From the NCBI GenBank assembly GCA_016700095.1, contig CP065002.1, positions 176,463 to 240,462 of the forward strand: DNA of 64,000 bases, in the 5' to 3' direction. This document shows, piece by piece, positions 10,374 through 20,320 of the stretch. The notes below the pieces were generated by a model. It did not search any database. It was not told where the DNA came from and was given only the letters and a program-made list of their open reading frames with translations. The stretch comes from Candidatus Woesebacteria bacterium (GTDB lineage Bacteria > Patescibacteriota > Microgenomatia > UBA8517). Each line of letters begins with the position of its first letter. Position 1 is the stretch's first letter. The translations under genes and the position numbers were made by a program.

Positions 10374-12816
10374 TATGACCGAAGTATTAATACAGCAAAC
10401 CATTAAGAAAGTAAGCTCCGCCAATGGCCATTCGCGCCTTAGTAAGGCAGCTCTCCAAAACGGCGGCAAATTTTTCCAAGAAGGTGAGAACGCGACAAAA
10501 TTAGAAGGTATTAGAGAGAAACTGTTTTTAGATAGATATTCTCTAAAAGATAAGGATGGCAATTCACTGGAGAAGTACCCCGAGCAATCTTGGAGGCGTA
10601 TGTCGTGGGCAATTGCACAAACGGAAAAAGGAGCGAAAAACAAAAGGGTATGGGAAGAGAAGTTTTATAACGCAATGCAGGATTTTAAGTTTGTTCCCGC
10701 AGGTAGAATATGGTGCTCCGCTGGTACGGGCACAAAAGCTACGATGATTAATTGTTATGTAATACCATCTCCTGAGGATACCAGAGCCGGGATAATTACT
10801 ACTTTGTCGCAAATGACCGAGATAAGCGCAAGAGGGGGAGGAGTGGGTTTCAATTTGTCAACTCTTCGACCGCGGGGATCGTATTTGAAAAAGGTAAACG
10901 GCACGAGTTCAGGTGCGGTTTCATGGGCAAATCTGTATTCAGTGGCCGCACATGACATTATTCAGCAAGGCGGAACCAGAAGAGGTGCTTTGATGTTGAT
11001 GTTGTGGGATTGGCATCCTGATATCGAGGAGTTTATCACCGTTAAGAAAAAAGAAGGAAAAATATTGGGAGCAAACTTAAGTGTTTGCATATCCAATGCG
11101 TTTATGAAAGCTGTCAAAGAAGATGGGAACTGGGATTTAAAGTTTCCCGATACCGAAAGTGAAAAGTATAGAGAAGTGTGGGATGGAGATTTTGATAAAT
11201 GGGTTGAGAATGATCTTCCGGTTAAAGTCTACAAAACTATAAAAGCTCGTGATCTCTGGGATCTAATTTGTCAATCCGCATGGGAATCAGCTGAACCCGG
11301 AGTGGTTTTTATGGATCGCTATAATGACATGAACAACAGTTGGTACTACGAAAAAAATATTGCAACAAATCCCTGTGGTGAGCAAGGTCTTCCCGCTTGG
11401 GGTGTGTGTAATTTGTCTTCTATTAATTTGGCTGCATTTGTCGAAAATAATAAATTTGACTACGACGGTTTTGCGGAAGTAATTAAGGTGGGTGTTCGAT
11501 TTTTGGATAATGCAATTGATACGGAAAAATACTTCTATGATGAAATTGAGAAAGTGCAGAAAGATGAAAGAAGAATTGGTTTGGGGACGATGGGACTTGC
11601 CGATGCACTTATAAAAATGAAAGTGCGTTACGGATCCGAAGAATCACTTGTGATTATTGAAAAAATATTTAAATTGTTGCGCGATGTGTCGTACGAGACC
11701 AGTATTGATTTGGCACTGGAAAAAGGATCTTTTCCCAAACTTGATAAAGACAAATATCTTCAGAGTGGATTTATGAAAACCATGCCTGTTTCAATTAGGA
11801 ACAAAATTAAGAAAAACGGCATCAGAAATGCCTTTTTGGTAACAGAAGCTCCAACCGGAAAGATATCGCTTTTGTCGGGTGTGTCTTCGGGTATCGAACC
11901 TGTATTTTCGTTCTCATATAAACAAAAGGATCGCTTGGGTGAAAGAACGATGTATCATCCTATTTATCAAGAATGGCTTGATGAACATCCTGATGAAAAG
12001 GATGTTCCGGAGCATTTCGTCGTAGCAGATGACTTAACTCCGGAAGAGCACGTGTCAATACAAGCATTGATACAACACTACACAGACAGTTCGATCAGTA
12101 AAACCGTAAACGCCCCCAGTACTCACAGTGTGGAGGATGTTAAGAAATTATACACACTGGCTTTTGACTTAGGTTGTAAAGGCATTTCTTATATGAGAGA
12201 TGGGTCACGCGAGGGGACGCTTATTCGCGATAACAAAGAATCCAATGAAGAAAAAAGTGTCGATTCGGCTCAAGAAGTAAAAGTAGTCGTTTGGGAGAGA
12301 CCTGTCAAGATTTCCGGAGCGACCTACAAACTTAAAACTCCGGTTGGTACCGCTTTTATTACCGTAAACCGGGACAATGAAGGTATGCCAATTGAACTTT
12401 TTATTAATATAGGAAGAGCGGGGAGTGATGTTCAGGCTATGGCGGAAGCGTTGGGGCGGTTAATATCAAAAACACTTAAAGGCAATAATCATATGACGGT
12501 AAAAGATAGAGCTCTGATGGTCGTTGATCAGTTAAGTGGAATCGGCGGTATGCGTCCGGTGGGGTTTGGTAAAAACAGAATAATGTCGCTTCCTGACGCG
12601 GTTGCAAAAGCGATACAAATGGATATGAATGTCAGTGACGACAAATTGATTGGGGATACTAGCCCGAATGATGTTTCCGACAATCAATTGTCTCTGACGC
12701 AAGCAGAAATCCACCTGGATAAAAGAGCTGATCTTTGTCCCGCATGCGGCAACGCAACGCTTGTAAATGAAATGGGCTGCAAAACATGTCATGGATGCGG
12801 ATATTCTGAATGCTAA
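10345..12816 (+). CDS. nrdJ: class II (adenosylcobalamin-dependent) ribonucleotide reductase, paralog 1
   Basis: Active-site finger loop ATNPCGE; redox cysteines in NCYV and VCNL; C-terminal CxxC...CxxC zinc ribbon. 823 aa. Overlaps nrdR by 29 nt. Confidence 0.85.
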   Translation: MISQKLYKSNMTEVLIQQTIKKVSSANGHSRLSKAALQNGGKFFQEGENATKLEGIREKLFLDRYSLKDKDGNSLEKYPEQSWRRMSWAIAQTEKGAKNKRVWEEKFYNAMQDFKFVPAGRIWCSAGTGTKATMINCYVIPSPEDTRAGIITTLSQMTEISARGGGVGFNLSTLRPRGSYLKKVNGTSSGAVSWANLYSVAAHDIIQQGGTRRGALMLMLWDWHPDIEEFITVKKKEGKILGANLSVCISNAFMKAVKEDGNWDLKFPDTESEKYREVWDGDFDKWVENDLPVKVYKTIKARDLWDLICQSAWESAEPGVVFMDRYNDMNNSWYYEKNIATNPCGEQGLPAWGVCNLSSINLAAFVENNKFDYDGFAEVIKVGVRFLDNAIDTEKYFYDEIEKVQKDERRIGLGTMGLADALIKMKVRYGSEESLVIIEKIFKLLRDVSYETSIDLALEKGSFPKLDKDKYLQSGFMKTMPVSIRNKIKKNGIRNAFLVTEAPTGKISLLSGVSSGIEPVFSFSYKQKDRLGERTMYHPIYQEWLDEHPDEKDVPEHFVVADDLTPEEHVSIQALIQHYTDSSISKTVNAPSTHSVEDVKKLYTLAFDLGCKGISYMRDGSREGTLIRDNKESNEEKSVDSAQEVKVVVWERPVKISGATYKLKTPVGTAFITVNRDNEGMPIELFINIGRAGSDVQAMAEALGRLISKTLKGNNHMTVKDRALMVVDQLSGIGGMRPVGFGKNRIMSLPDAVAKAIQMDMNVSDDKLIGDTSPNDVSDNQLSLTQAEIHLDKRADLCPACGNATLVNEMGCKTCHGCGYSEC

Positions 12817-15284
12817 TCACTATGAAGCTGGAAAAAAACAAAACTTCCTCTAATCGGTATTTCGAGATTCCGGTATATTCTTATCTTACTCTCGGAGAAA
12901 ACGGACAAAAACATATATTAACGTCTGAGGAAATAATTAAAACCAAAAGAGGAAGAGGTAAACCAAAAAAAATTGAAATTGAATTTGTCATCAAGAGTGG
13001 CGGTAACAAAGAAGCCTTTGATTGGGAGAAGATTGAGAAAAGCGTCATCTTGGCGGGGCGAGATACGAATGAATACACCAGAAGTGATGCTAAAAGAATA
13101 TTGCAAAGAGTTCACGCTGTTTTGGCTTTGGTTAGAAAAAATACTATTTCGACGATGGATATCCGCACAGTAGTGGAACCGATAATGGCTGATGAAGGAT
13201 ATTTCAAAACCGCACGTTACTATATTTTGATCAAGGAAAGGAAAGACTTAAAAAAGAAAAAGAAATTTGTGATTACGGAACCTGTAATTTCAGAAGTTGG
13301 TGCCGAGATTGCCAAAAAAAGATATCTGAGAACCGACGATTCGGGTAAAACCATCGAAACCATAGGGCAGATGTTTTGGCGCGTTGCCAATCACTTGGCA
13401 AAAGCTGAAGTTATCTGGGGGACAAACGATGAAGTGGAAACAGTTGCAAGAGATTTTTTTGAAAGAATGATAAATTGGAAATTTGTTTGTTCCGGCAAGG
13501 CGATGTTTGAAGCGGGAAATCCTGGTGGTACGGGACAGTTATCGGCATGTTTTGTGTTGCCGATCGAGGATTCGATTGGATCGATTTTCAGAACTTTGGG
13601 GGATGCTGCCGTGGTACACAAAAACAACGGAGGCACAGGATTTAACTTCAGTTCAATCAGGCCTCATGGCGATAAAGTCAAAAACGTTCCGGGTGCTGCC
13701 AGTGGGCCTGTAGATTTCATAAAAGCATTTTCCGCTGCTCTTTCACAGATATTACAGGGAGCAAAAAGACAGGGGGCAAATATTGCGATATTAAATGCCA
13801 ATCATCCCGACATTATCGACTTTGTTAATTTGAAAGACGTTGACGGCACAATAAAAAATTTTAATATTTCTGTCGGAGTTACTAATGAATTTATGGATGC
13901 GGTTGAGAAAAACAGAGACTGGAAATTAATTAATCCGAGAAATAGAGAAGTGGTTAGAGTAATTAAAGCTAGAGAGCTTTTTGACATGATAACAAAACAT
14001 GCGTGGATCAGTGGTGATCCTGGACTTGCCTTCCTTGACCGCATGGAAGAAGACAATCCGACACCATCCCTGGGAAAAATTGATGCGACTAATCCGTGTG
14101 GCGAAATCCCGCTTTTACCTTACGAATCGTGCAACCTGGCAAGCATTTCTCTCGTGCACCATATAATTAAAGATCAAGCGGGCGACTACCAGATTGACTG
14201 GGATGATTTGGAAAAATCAGTGAGGCTGGCTACACGCTTTCTAGATAATATGATAGAAGTCAACGCATACCCGCTTAAAGAGATTGAGGAGATGGTCAAA
14301 TACGGAAATCGCAGAATCGGACTTGGTGTCATGGGATTTGGACATCTTCTCTATAAATTAAAAATTCCTTACAGAAGTAAGGAGGCGGTGGGAATTGCCG
14401 GAAGACTTGCAAAATTTATCCATAAAACTGCCGAGTCTGAAAGTATTCAATTGGCAAAAGTTCGAGGCGTGTTTCCCAATTTTGACATTTCGATTTACAC
14501 TCAAACTGCTGAGCGGTATAGAAACTGTGCACTGACTATGGTTGCACCTACGGGCACTATTAGTTTGCTGGCAAATACCAGTAGTGGAATTGAACCCGTG
14601 TTTTCACTCGTAGCCCTAAGACGAGCTTTCAATGAAGACGACAACGCCAACAGGCCTACGCGCGAATTTATGATTGTTGATCCTATTTTTGAAGAAGCCT
14701 TGCTAAACTTAAAGGCGATTACTTTAAAGAGTAAATCGACAGGCAAAAGCTTGTCGAACAAAGACGATATCTTGTCTAGTGTCGCCGAACACGGGTTGGG
14801 TGACATTGTAGGTTTGCCGAAATGGTTTTATAGGGTTTTTGTAACAACTCACGATATCGAACCGGAGTGGCATGTTAAAATTCAAGCGGAGTGGCAGAAG
14901 TGGTTTGATAATTCAATCTCGAAAACAATAAATTTCTCACACAATGCTACAGTAGAGGATGTCAAAAAAGCATATATACTGGCTTGGAAATTGGGTTGCA
15001 AGGGAATAACAATCTACCGGGATCAAAGTAAACAAGATCAGGTAATAAATCTGGTAGGAAGTAAATCGGATACACCTCACTCAAGCAAAGCAGACGACAA
15101 AAAAGTTGTTCAGTTGTCGCTTGCGGGTAAATTAAGCAAAAACAAATTATCCCACGACATGAAGGTGGATATGGCTAAAGGTATAGCAGATAGTGTGGTG
15201 TGTGCCGAATGTGGTGGGGTTGCATCCTTCTTGGATGGTTGTATAACATGTAGAGATTGTGGATGGAGTAAGTGTGTCGTTTAA
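12810..15284 (+). CDS. nrdJ: class II ribonucleotide reductase, paralog 2 (ATP-cone-like N-terminus)
   Basis: ATNPCGE, SACFV and SCNL motifs; C-terminal CAECG...CITCRDCG zinc ribbon; N-terminal ATP-cone-like segment (VIKSGGNKEAFDWEKIEKSV). The start overlaps paralog 1; the start could also be the ATG at 12822. Confidence 0.85.
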   Translation: MLITMKLEKNKTSSNRYFEIPVYSYLTLGENGQKHILTSEEIIKTKRGRGKPKKIEIEFVIKSGGNKEAFDWEKIEKSVILAGRDTNEYTRSDAKRILQRVHAVLALVRKNTISTMDIRTVVEPIMADEGYFKTARYYILIKERKDLKKKKKFVITEPVISEVGAEIAKKRYLRTDDSGKTIETIGQMFWRVANHLAKAEVIWGTNDEVETVARDFFERMINWKFVCSGKAMFEAGNPGGTGQLSACFVLPIEDSIGSIFRTLGDAAVVHKNNGGTGFNFSSIRPHGDKVKNVPGAASGPVDFIKAFSAALSQILQGAKRQGANIAILNANHPDIIDFVNLKDVDGTIKNFNISVGVTNEFMDAVEKNRDWKLINPRNREVVRVIKARELFDMITKHAWISGDPGLAFLDRMEEDNPTPSLGKIDATNPCGEIPLLPYESCNLASISLVHHIIKDQAGDYQIDWDDLEKSVRLATRFLDNMIEVNAYPLKEIEEMVKYGNRRIGLGVMGFGHLLYKLKIPYRSKEAVGIAGRLAKFIHKTAESESIQLAKVRGVFPNFDISIYTQTAERYRNCALTMVAPTGTISLLANTSSGIEPVFSLVALRRAFNEDDNANRPTREFMIVDPIFEEALLNLKAITLKSKSTGKSLSNKDDILSSVAEHGLGDIVGLPKWFYRVFVTTHDIEPEWHVKIQAEWQKWFDNSISKTINFSHNATVEDVKKAYILAWKLGCKGITIYRDQSKQDQVINLVGSKSDTPHSSKADDKKVVQLSLAGKLSKNKLSHDMKVDMAKGIADSVVCAECGGVASFLDGCITCRDCGWSKCVV

Positions 15285-15402
15285 AAGTACAAAGTGACAT
15301 GGCGAAGGCTATTGTGATAGCACCCTAACGGGAAAATCCAATTTATTGGACATGACTACACAACGGCTTTAGCCAGGTCACTTTGTACTTTTTCTCATAC
15401 AC

Positions 15403-17580
15403 TTGCATCAAGTTTTTGAAATACCGATGAAAAAAAATATTGTCGAAAAAATCCACGGAGCAGTGGAAGAATTTAAAGAAGAAAAAATTGTCGCCAGTAT
15501 TTATTTAGCGGCAAAAAATGTCGGTAGTTCAAAACATGTAAATGCTAAAAGACTCAGTAGAGAAGTAATGGCAAATTTGCAAAAACTCTACCCAAATGGA
15601 GAGCCGGTTAAAACCACAGACATAGGAGAGATTGTTGAGAAAGTGTTGATAGAGAGCGGTCACTCAAACACGGCGAAGGAATTCATACGATACAGGGAAA
15701 ATAAAAAGCATTTAAGAAAAGACAAGGATAGTCTTGGAGTAAAAGATGACATAGGCTTATCTTACAATACACTTTATATTCTAAAAGAAAGATATCTCAA
15801 AAGAAATGATAAGGGGAAAATAATCGAAACACCACTTGGGATGATTGAAAGGGTTGCCCGGTTTGTCGCAAATTCCGAAAAGACCAAGGCAAAGAGAGAA
15901 AAATGGTATCAAGAATTTCACACAATAATGGCGGATTTTGATTTTCTTCCGGGAACAAGGACACTCACTAATTCAGGTAAAAAAACGCCTCAACTAGCCA
16001 ACTGTTTTGTTTGGCCGATGTTTGATGATGTTGATAAGATATTTGAAGTACTTCACAAGTCAACCGTGGTGAAAAAACACGGCGGAGGATGTGGCTATAA
16101 TTTTTCAAGTGTAAGACCGGAAGGCGACAGTGTTGGCGGGATACCGGAACTTGCCGCAGGACCGGTAAAAATGATTGAAATGTTTGATCTCATGACCTCA
16201 CTATTTAGACAAGAAGGAAAATATGAAAGCGGTAATATGGCAGTACTCAACGCAAATCATGCCGATATATTTAATTTTATTTCCGCCAAACAAAATGACG
16301 GATATTTATCCAAAACCAATATCTCTGTAGGTATCACAGATGAATTTATGAAAGCGGCTCTAAGCGGGAAAGATTGGGGTTTAATTAATCCGCGAACCGG
16401 CAAAGTAGTTAATACTGTTAAGGCAAGTTCGATTTTGGATTTAATGTCGACAATGGCTTGGCAAACCGGAGACCCGGGGATAATTAATTTATCGGCAATC
16501 AATAAAGGAAACGCATTCGGAAATCCTCTTTTGGCAAAACGGGGAGCGATAAGTGCAACCAATCCATGTGGTGAAGAACCGCTGTTCCCATTTGAAAGCT
16601 GTAACTTGGGTTATATCAACTTTGTTAAATTCATTAGCGAACGAAAAGGTGTCAAGGAATTCGACTTCAATAGATTAAAGAGAGTCGTAAAAGTTGCAAC
16701 CAGATTTATGGACAATGTAATAGACGCTTCGTGGTTTCCCGTTAAGGAAGTAACGGACGCGGTTCGCAACCACAGGAGAATCGGTATTGGTGGTGTCGGT
16801 TGGGCGGAATGTCTTGCAATCTTAGAAATTCCCTACGATAGCCAGAAAGCATTTGATTTGGCCGAGAAACTTACCAAGACTATGTATGAGAGCGCTTTTG
16901 AATCTTCATGTGATATCGCCAAAGAGAAAGGTCCGTTTCCGTTGGTAGTTGATAGTATTTGGGCGAACAAAAAAAGAAAGCCGAGAAATGTTGCCCTGCT
17001 TACTTTCCCGCCAAGTAGTGGTAATGCAGTTATTTGCGAAACCAGTTTTGGAGTTGAACCGTACTTTGCGCTCGCTTATGAACAAAATGTGTTAGGTGGC
17101 ATGCGACTTACAACTGTCGTTCCCTTATTCGTCGAGAAGTTGAAAGAACGAGGGCTTTATTCAGATCAACTTATCCAAAAAATCGTCGACAATCACGGGA
17201 GTTGTCAGGGGATTGATGAAGTGCCAAAAGACTTGCAGAAAATATTCAAAGTTGCTCATGACATTAACTGGAGAGACCATGTCAAGATGCAAGCAGCATT
17301 TCAGAAATGGACAGACAATGCGATAACAAAAACAATAAATATGCCATCAAGTGCAACTCCGCAAGATATTGAAGACGCATATGTATTAGCATGGAAATTA
17401 GGGTGCAAAGGGTTAACCGTTTACCGCGACAGAACAAAATCAGAACAGGTATTTTCGTTTGGAGAAGATAAGGAAAGAAAAGAGGGAATAAAAACATGCC
17501 CTACTTGTAAGATAAAGTTAGTGCGTGATAAAAAATGCTATAAATGCAAACAATGTGGATTTAGTACTTGTGAGTTGTAA
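15403..17580 (+). CDS. nrdJ: class II ribonucleotide reductase, paralog 3
   Basis: ATNPCGE, NCFV and SCNL motifs; C-terminal CPTC...CKQCG zinc ribbon; N-terminal ATP-cone-like region. Confidence 0.85.
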   Translation: MHQVFEIPMKKNIVEKIHGAVEEFKEEKIVASIYLAAKNVGSSKHVNAKRLSREVMANLQKLYPNGEPVKTTDIGEIVEKVLIESGHSNTAKEFIRYRENKKHLRKDKDSLGVKDDIGLSYNTLYILKERYLKRNDKGKIIETPLGMIERVARFVANSEKTKAKREKWYQEFHTIMADFDFLPGTRTLTNSGKKTPQLANCFVWPMFDDVDKIFEVLHKSTVVKKHGGGCGYNFSSVRPEGDSVGGIPELAAGPVKMIEMFDLMTSLFRQEGKYESGNMAVLNANHADIFNFISAKQNDGYLSKTNISVGITDEFMKAALSGKDWGLINPRTGKVVNTVKASSILDLMSTMAWQTGDPGIINLSAINKGNAFGNPLLAKRGAISATNPCGEEPLFPFESCNLGYINFVKFISERKGVKEFDFNRLKRVVKVATRFMDNVIDASWFPVKEVTDAVRNHRRIGIGGVGWAECLAILEIPYDSQKAFDLAEKLTKTMYESAFESSCDIAKEKGPFPLVVDSIWANKKRKPRNVALLTFPPSSGNAVICETSFGVEPYFALAYEQNVLGGMRLTTVVPLFVEKLKERGLYSDQLIQKIVDNHGSCQGIDEVPKDLQKIFKVAHDINWRDHVKMQAAFQKWTDNAITKTINMPSSATPQDIEDAYVLAWKLGCKGLTVYRDRTKSEQVFSFGEDKERKEGIKTCPTCKIKLVRDKKCYKCKQCGFSTCEL

Positions 17581-17582
17581 AA

Positions 17583-17948
17583 TTACTTATTTAACTCCTT
17601 TCTTTCTTTTTTTAAGTTTCGCTTTTTTGATTTTTCCGATGTGAATTTTTCCGGATATCTAACCTCTAATTTTCGTATATTTTTGTCCATTATCTTTTCA
17701 AAGTCTACTCCAAGTTCATCGCACGCAATCGCTACATACCACAATACATCACCTATTTCTTCAATTAAATTGACCTTATCAAGCGGTAGATTGTAAAACT
17801 TGTATTTCTTTAAAGCGTCTGCCAATTCTCCAGATTCTGTTATCATTCCCAGAATAGCGTGTTCAAGTCTCTGATTTCCCTTGGTTAATTTTCTATAATG
17901 AACACTTTCTGTCCTGATTGCTTTTTTTATGTAATCTTTTGATTTCAT
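17583..17948 (-). CDS. MazG-like nucleoside triphosphate pyrophosphohydrolase
   Basis: 121 aa with the EEIGDVLWYVAIACDELGVDFEKIM pattern (EExxE...D) typical of small all-alpha MazG/NTP-PPase proteins. Confidence 0.6.
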   Translation of the reverse strand: MKSKDYIKKAIRTESVHYRKLTKGNQRLEHAILGMITESGELADALKKYKFYNLPLDKVNLIEEIGDVLWYVAIACDELGVDFEKIMDKNIRKLEVRYPEKFTSEKSKKRNLKKERKELNK

Positions 17949-17996
17949 ATTTACATATTCTATTCTCGAAGGGATTAATAGACAATTGTTATTATT

Positions 17997-18443
17997 TTAT
18001 AAACATGTCTTTAAGAAATTGCCGATTGCTTGTTTTTCATCTTCGATAAAATCCTCTATTTTGATTTCTTTTATATTTACCCACCTTGCTTTTTCAAGAG
18101 TAGTTTCTTTCTCTTCTGGAGGATTAATTAGTTTACCTTTAACAAATTTTGCAATCCAAGCTGTTGCTACTATTTGAATATTATCTTCATTTCTTTGGTA
18201 AGTCCAAGTATAAGTTTGAAAAATTTTAATTGGTTTTACTGTGACACCGGTTTCTTCTTTTACTTCTCTAATTAATGTTTCTTCCGGAGTTTCACCAAAA
18301 TCCATCTTTCCACCAGGAAGTCCGTATTTACCTCTTACTTTTTCTCGGGTAAACTTCCCGTCCACATATTTTTGCACCAAGATTTTATTATTGCTTCTAT
18401 TTAATATTATTGCTTTCTGTGCAATAAACATTGCATTTGACAT
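17997..18443 (-). CDS. NUDIX hydrolase
   Basis: Canonical Nudix box GGKMDFGETPEETLIREVKEETGV (Gx5Ex7REUxEExGU). Confidence 0.8.
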   Translation of the reverse strand: MSNAMFIAQKAIILNRSNNKILVQKYVDGKFTREKVRGKYGLPGGKMDFGETPEETLIREVKEETGVTVKPIKIFQTYTWTYQRNEDNIQIVATAWIAKFVKGKLINPPEEKETTLEKARWVNIKEIKIEDFIEDEKQAIGNFLKTCL

Positions 18444-18519
18444 ATCCTAAACATATTAGCATAATCCAGAATTAACTACCCATAACTCTGCACGCGGGTT
18501 TATTTGCAATAATAAATAT

Positions 18520-19047
18520 ATGCCAATATATACAAAAAAGGGGGATAAGGGGAATACAAGTATTTTTTCCCCCAAAGAAATGAGGGTTTCAAAAGACAGT
18601 TTGCGTATCGAAGCAATCGGAACGGTCGATGAATTGAATAGTTTTTTGGGTGTAGCAATTTCTTGTTGCGAAAATAAAAAGCATGTTCAATTGATTAAAC
18701 TGATACAAAGTAATTTACTGACGGTGGGATCGTGTCTTGCTGGGAGCAGTTTAAAAATATCGAAAAGAGAAACAACAAAACTTGAAAGACAAATGGATAT
18801 TTGGGAGAGTGAAATGCCTAAATTAACAAATTTCATTTTGCCGGGAGGAACAAAAGCAGCGTCAAGTTTGCAATATTGTAGGTCTCTTACAAGAAGAGCC
18901 GAGAGAAAAGTGGTTGCTTACTCAAAAGTTGGAAAAGTGTCACCACAAGTGATGATGTACATAAATCGCCTGTCTGACTTTTTCTTTATGTTTGCAAGAT
19001 ATGTTAACTTTCAAAACGCAGTCGAGGATGAAGTTTGGAAGAAATGA
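18520..19047 (+). CDS. PduO-type ATP:cob(I)alamin adenosyltransferase
   Basis: N-terminus MPIYTKKGDKGNTSIF...RIEAIGTVDELNSFLG matches the conserved PduO/MMAB-type adenosyltransferase start (IYTxxGDxGxTSL). About 175 aa. Confidence 0.85.
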   Translation: MPIYTKKGDKGNTSIFSPKEMRVSKDSLRIEAIGTVDELNSFLGVAISCCENKKHVQLIKLIQSNLLTVGSCLAGSSLKISKRETTKLERQMDIWESEMPKLTNFILPGGTKAASSLQYCRSLTRRAERKVVAYSKVGKVSPQVMMYINRLSDFFFMFARYVNFQNAVEDEVWKK

Positions 19048-19075
19048 AAATTGGATTAGTTGATAGAGATACTAC

Positions 19076-19669
19076 CTATGAAATCTTGATAACTGCTTTC
19101 CGTAAAGGTGATGTACTTTCCAAGTGAGACATTTTAAGTAAAACGAGACTTACAGATTCAAACACTACAATACTCAATGGGACAAAAGTAAGTGTACTAA
19201 TTAACTGATTTTTCAAAAAGGGAATTGCATTAATGTAACACCTTACCAAACCATTTAAATCATTTGAATACATTCCAAAACTATCTAGTGACCAGACACC
19301 AAAGTTAGTCCAGATAAAGAAAAATAGATTTGCAGTAATGCCAGCTAGAGTCGTGAGAAAATACTTGTTAACTTTAACTTTCGCTTTAATTTTACTAAAT
19401 ACACTTGATGCGAAAACGGCAGGAATCAAAAACCCAGTCCATGTAAAAAGATAGATATTGGTGTTTCCAATAATAAGGTCGGAAATTAGAAGTGCAAGAA
19501 AAGTGAAAATTAGAGATGCTTTGTTACCTAGATAAAAACTTGAAAGAATAAGAACTGCAGTTATTAATTCCACATTTGGTCCTAAATCAAAAATGACTCG
19601 TTCCAGAACTGCAAAAATTGCCAAGAGACTGACAATCAAATATTTTTTTGAAAATTTTAAATTGTTCAT
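19076..19669 (-). CDS. small polytopic membrane protein, ECF-transporter S-component-like; candidate cobalamin S-component from context only
   Basis: 197 aa with 5-6 predicted TM helices, the size and class of ECF S components. In an operon with the DUF4430-like gene and next to the PduO adenosyltransferase. No diagnostic motif. Confidence 0.35.
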   Translation of the reverse strand: MNNLKFSKKYLIVSLLAIFAVLERVIFDLGPNVELITAVLILSSFYLGNKASLIFTFLALLISDLIIGNTNIYLFTWTGFLIPAVFASSVFSKIKAKVKVNKYFLTTLAGITANLFFFIWTNFGVWSLDSFGMYSNDLNGLVRCYINAIPFLKNQLISTLTFVPLSIVVFESVSLVLLKMSHLESTSPLRKAVIKIS

Positions 19670-19730
19670 TGTTATTTATTACATGAGCTTCGGTGAATAA
19701 AATCAAAGATTATAAATCAAAAATCAAAGT

Positions 19731-20174
19731 TTAAAATTCAGGTTTAACATATTTCCATTCCACCGTGTCACCTGCATTAAAGATCTTTTGGTCGGCAGCT
19801 ACATCACCCGATGCACCATTCACAAAATATATCCAAGATTTATCTGGGGTGTTTTGGAGATCGCCGATTTTTTCGACAAGTGTTCCAAAGTCATATTCTT
19901 TTACACCAAGTTCAATATTTTCTTTTGCCACAACAGTTCTTAGTAAGTTAAACACACTGTCGCTTTTATCGGCTTCAGTTTCAAATTTCTTAACATCTTT
20001 TTCCGAGAAACTTATTATTAAAGTAACCTTGATTTTTTGAGGTCTGACATACGGATCTCTTGTCATATTGGAATATCCGTTAGACCGGTTATCCCAGAAT
20101 CCTTTTTTACCGGTGTAAGCACTAAAGATGACAAGTACTACAATGAAGAATAATATGTAAACTTTTCTACTCAT
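19731..20174 (-). CDS. secreted DUF4430-like (transcobalamin-like beta-domain) protein; putative cobalamin-binding protein
   Basis: N-terminal signal/anchor helix. The C-terminal pattern WIYFVNGASGDVAADQKIFNAGDTVEWKYV matches the DUF4430 signature (W.Y.VNG...G...Y.L..GD.I.W.Y). The family assignment rests on this motif only. Confidence 0.5.
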   Translation of the reverse strand: MSRKVYILFFIVVLVIFSAYTGKKGFWDNRSNGYSNMTRDPYVRPQKIKVTLIISFSEKDVKKFETEADKSDSVFNLLRTVVAKENIELGVKEYDFGTLVEKIGDLQNTPDKSWIYFVNGASGDVAADQKIFNAGDTVEWKYVKPEF

Positions 20175-20214
20175 TTTTAATCCTGTTTCGGGACAAGTTC
20201 ACCTAGTGTGAAAG

Positions 20215-20320
20215 TTGTTAGTTTTCCGACTTTCCTTTGACAAAATAAGGATCACGGTTGCGACACAGTGCTGGACTATTTGTAAACTTACAAAGTCACC
20301 AGACTTCCTTCAACACAACT
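20215..20320 (-). promoter_or_regulatory. candidate degenerate cobalamin-riboswitch-like leader of the DUF4430/S-component operon
   Basis: The minus-strand leader contains AAGGAAGucuGGUGAcuuu, then CCAGCACUGUGUCGCAACCGUGA, then AAAGGAAAGUCGG, loosely resembling the AGGGAA..GGUGAAA, CCCGCAACUGUAA and GGGAAG elements of RF00174. There is no clean GCCACUG B12 box. Confidence 0.15.
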
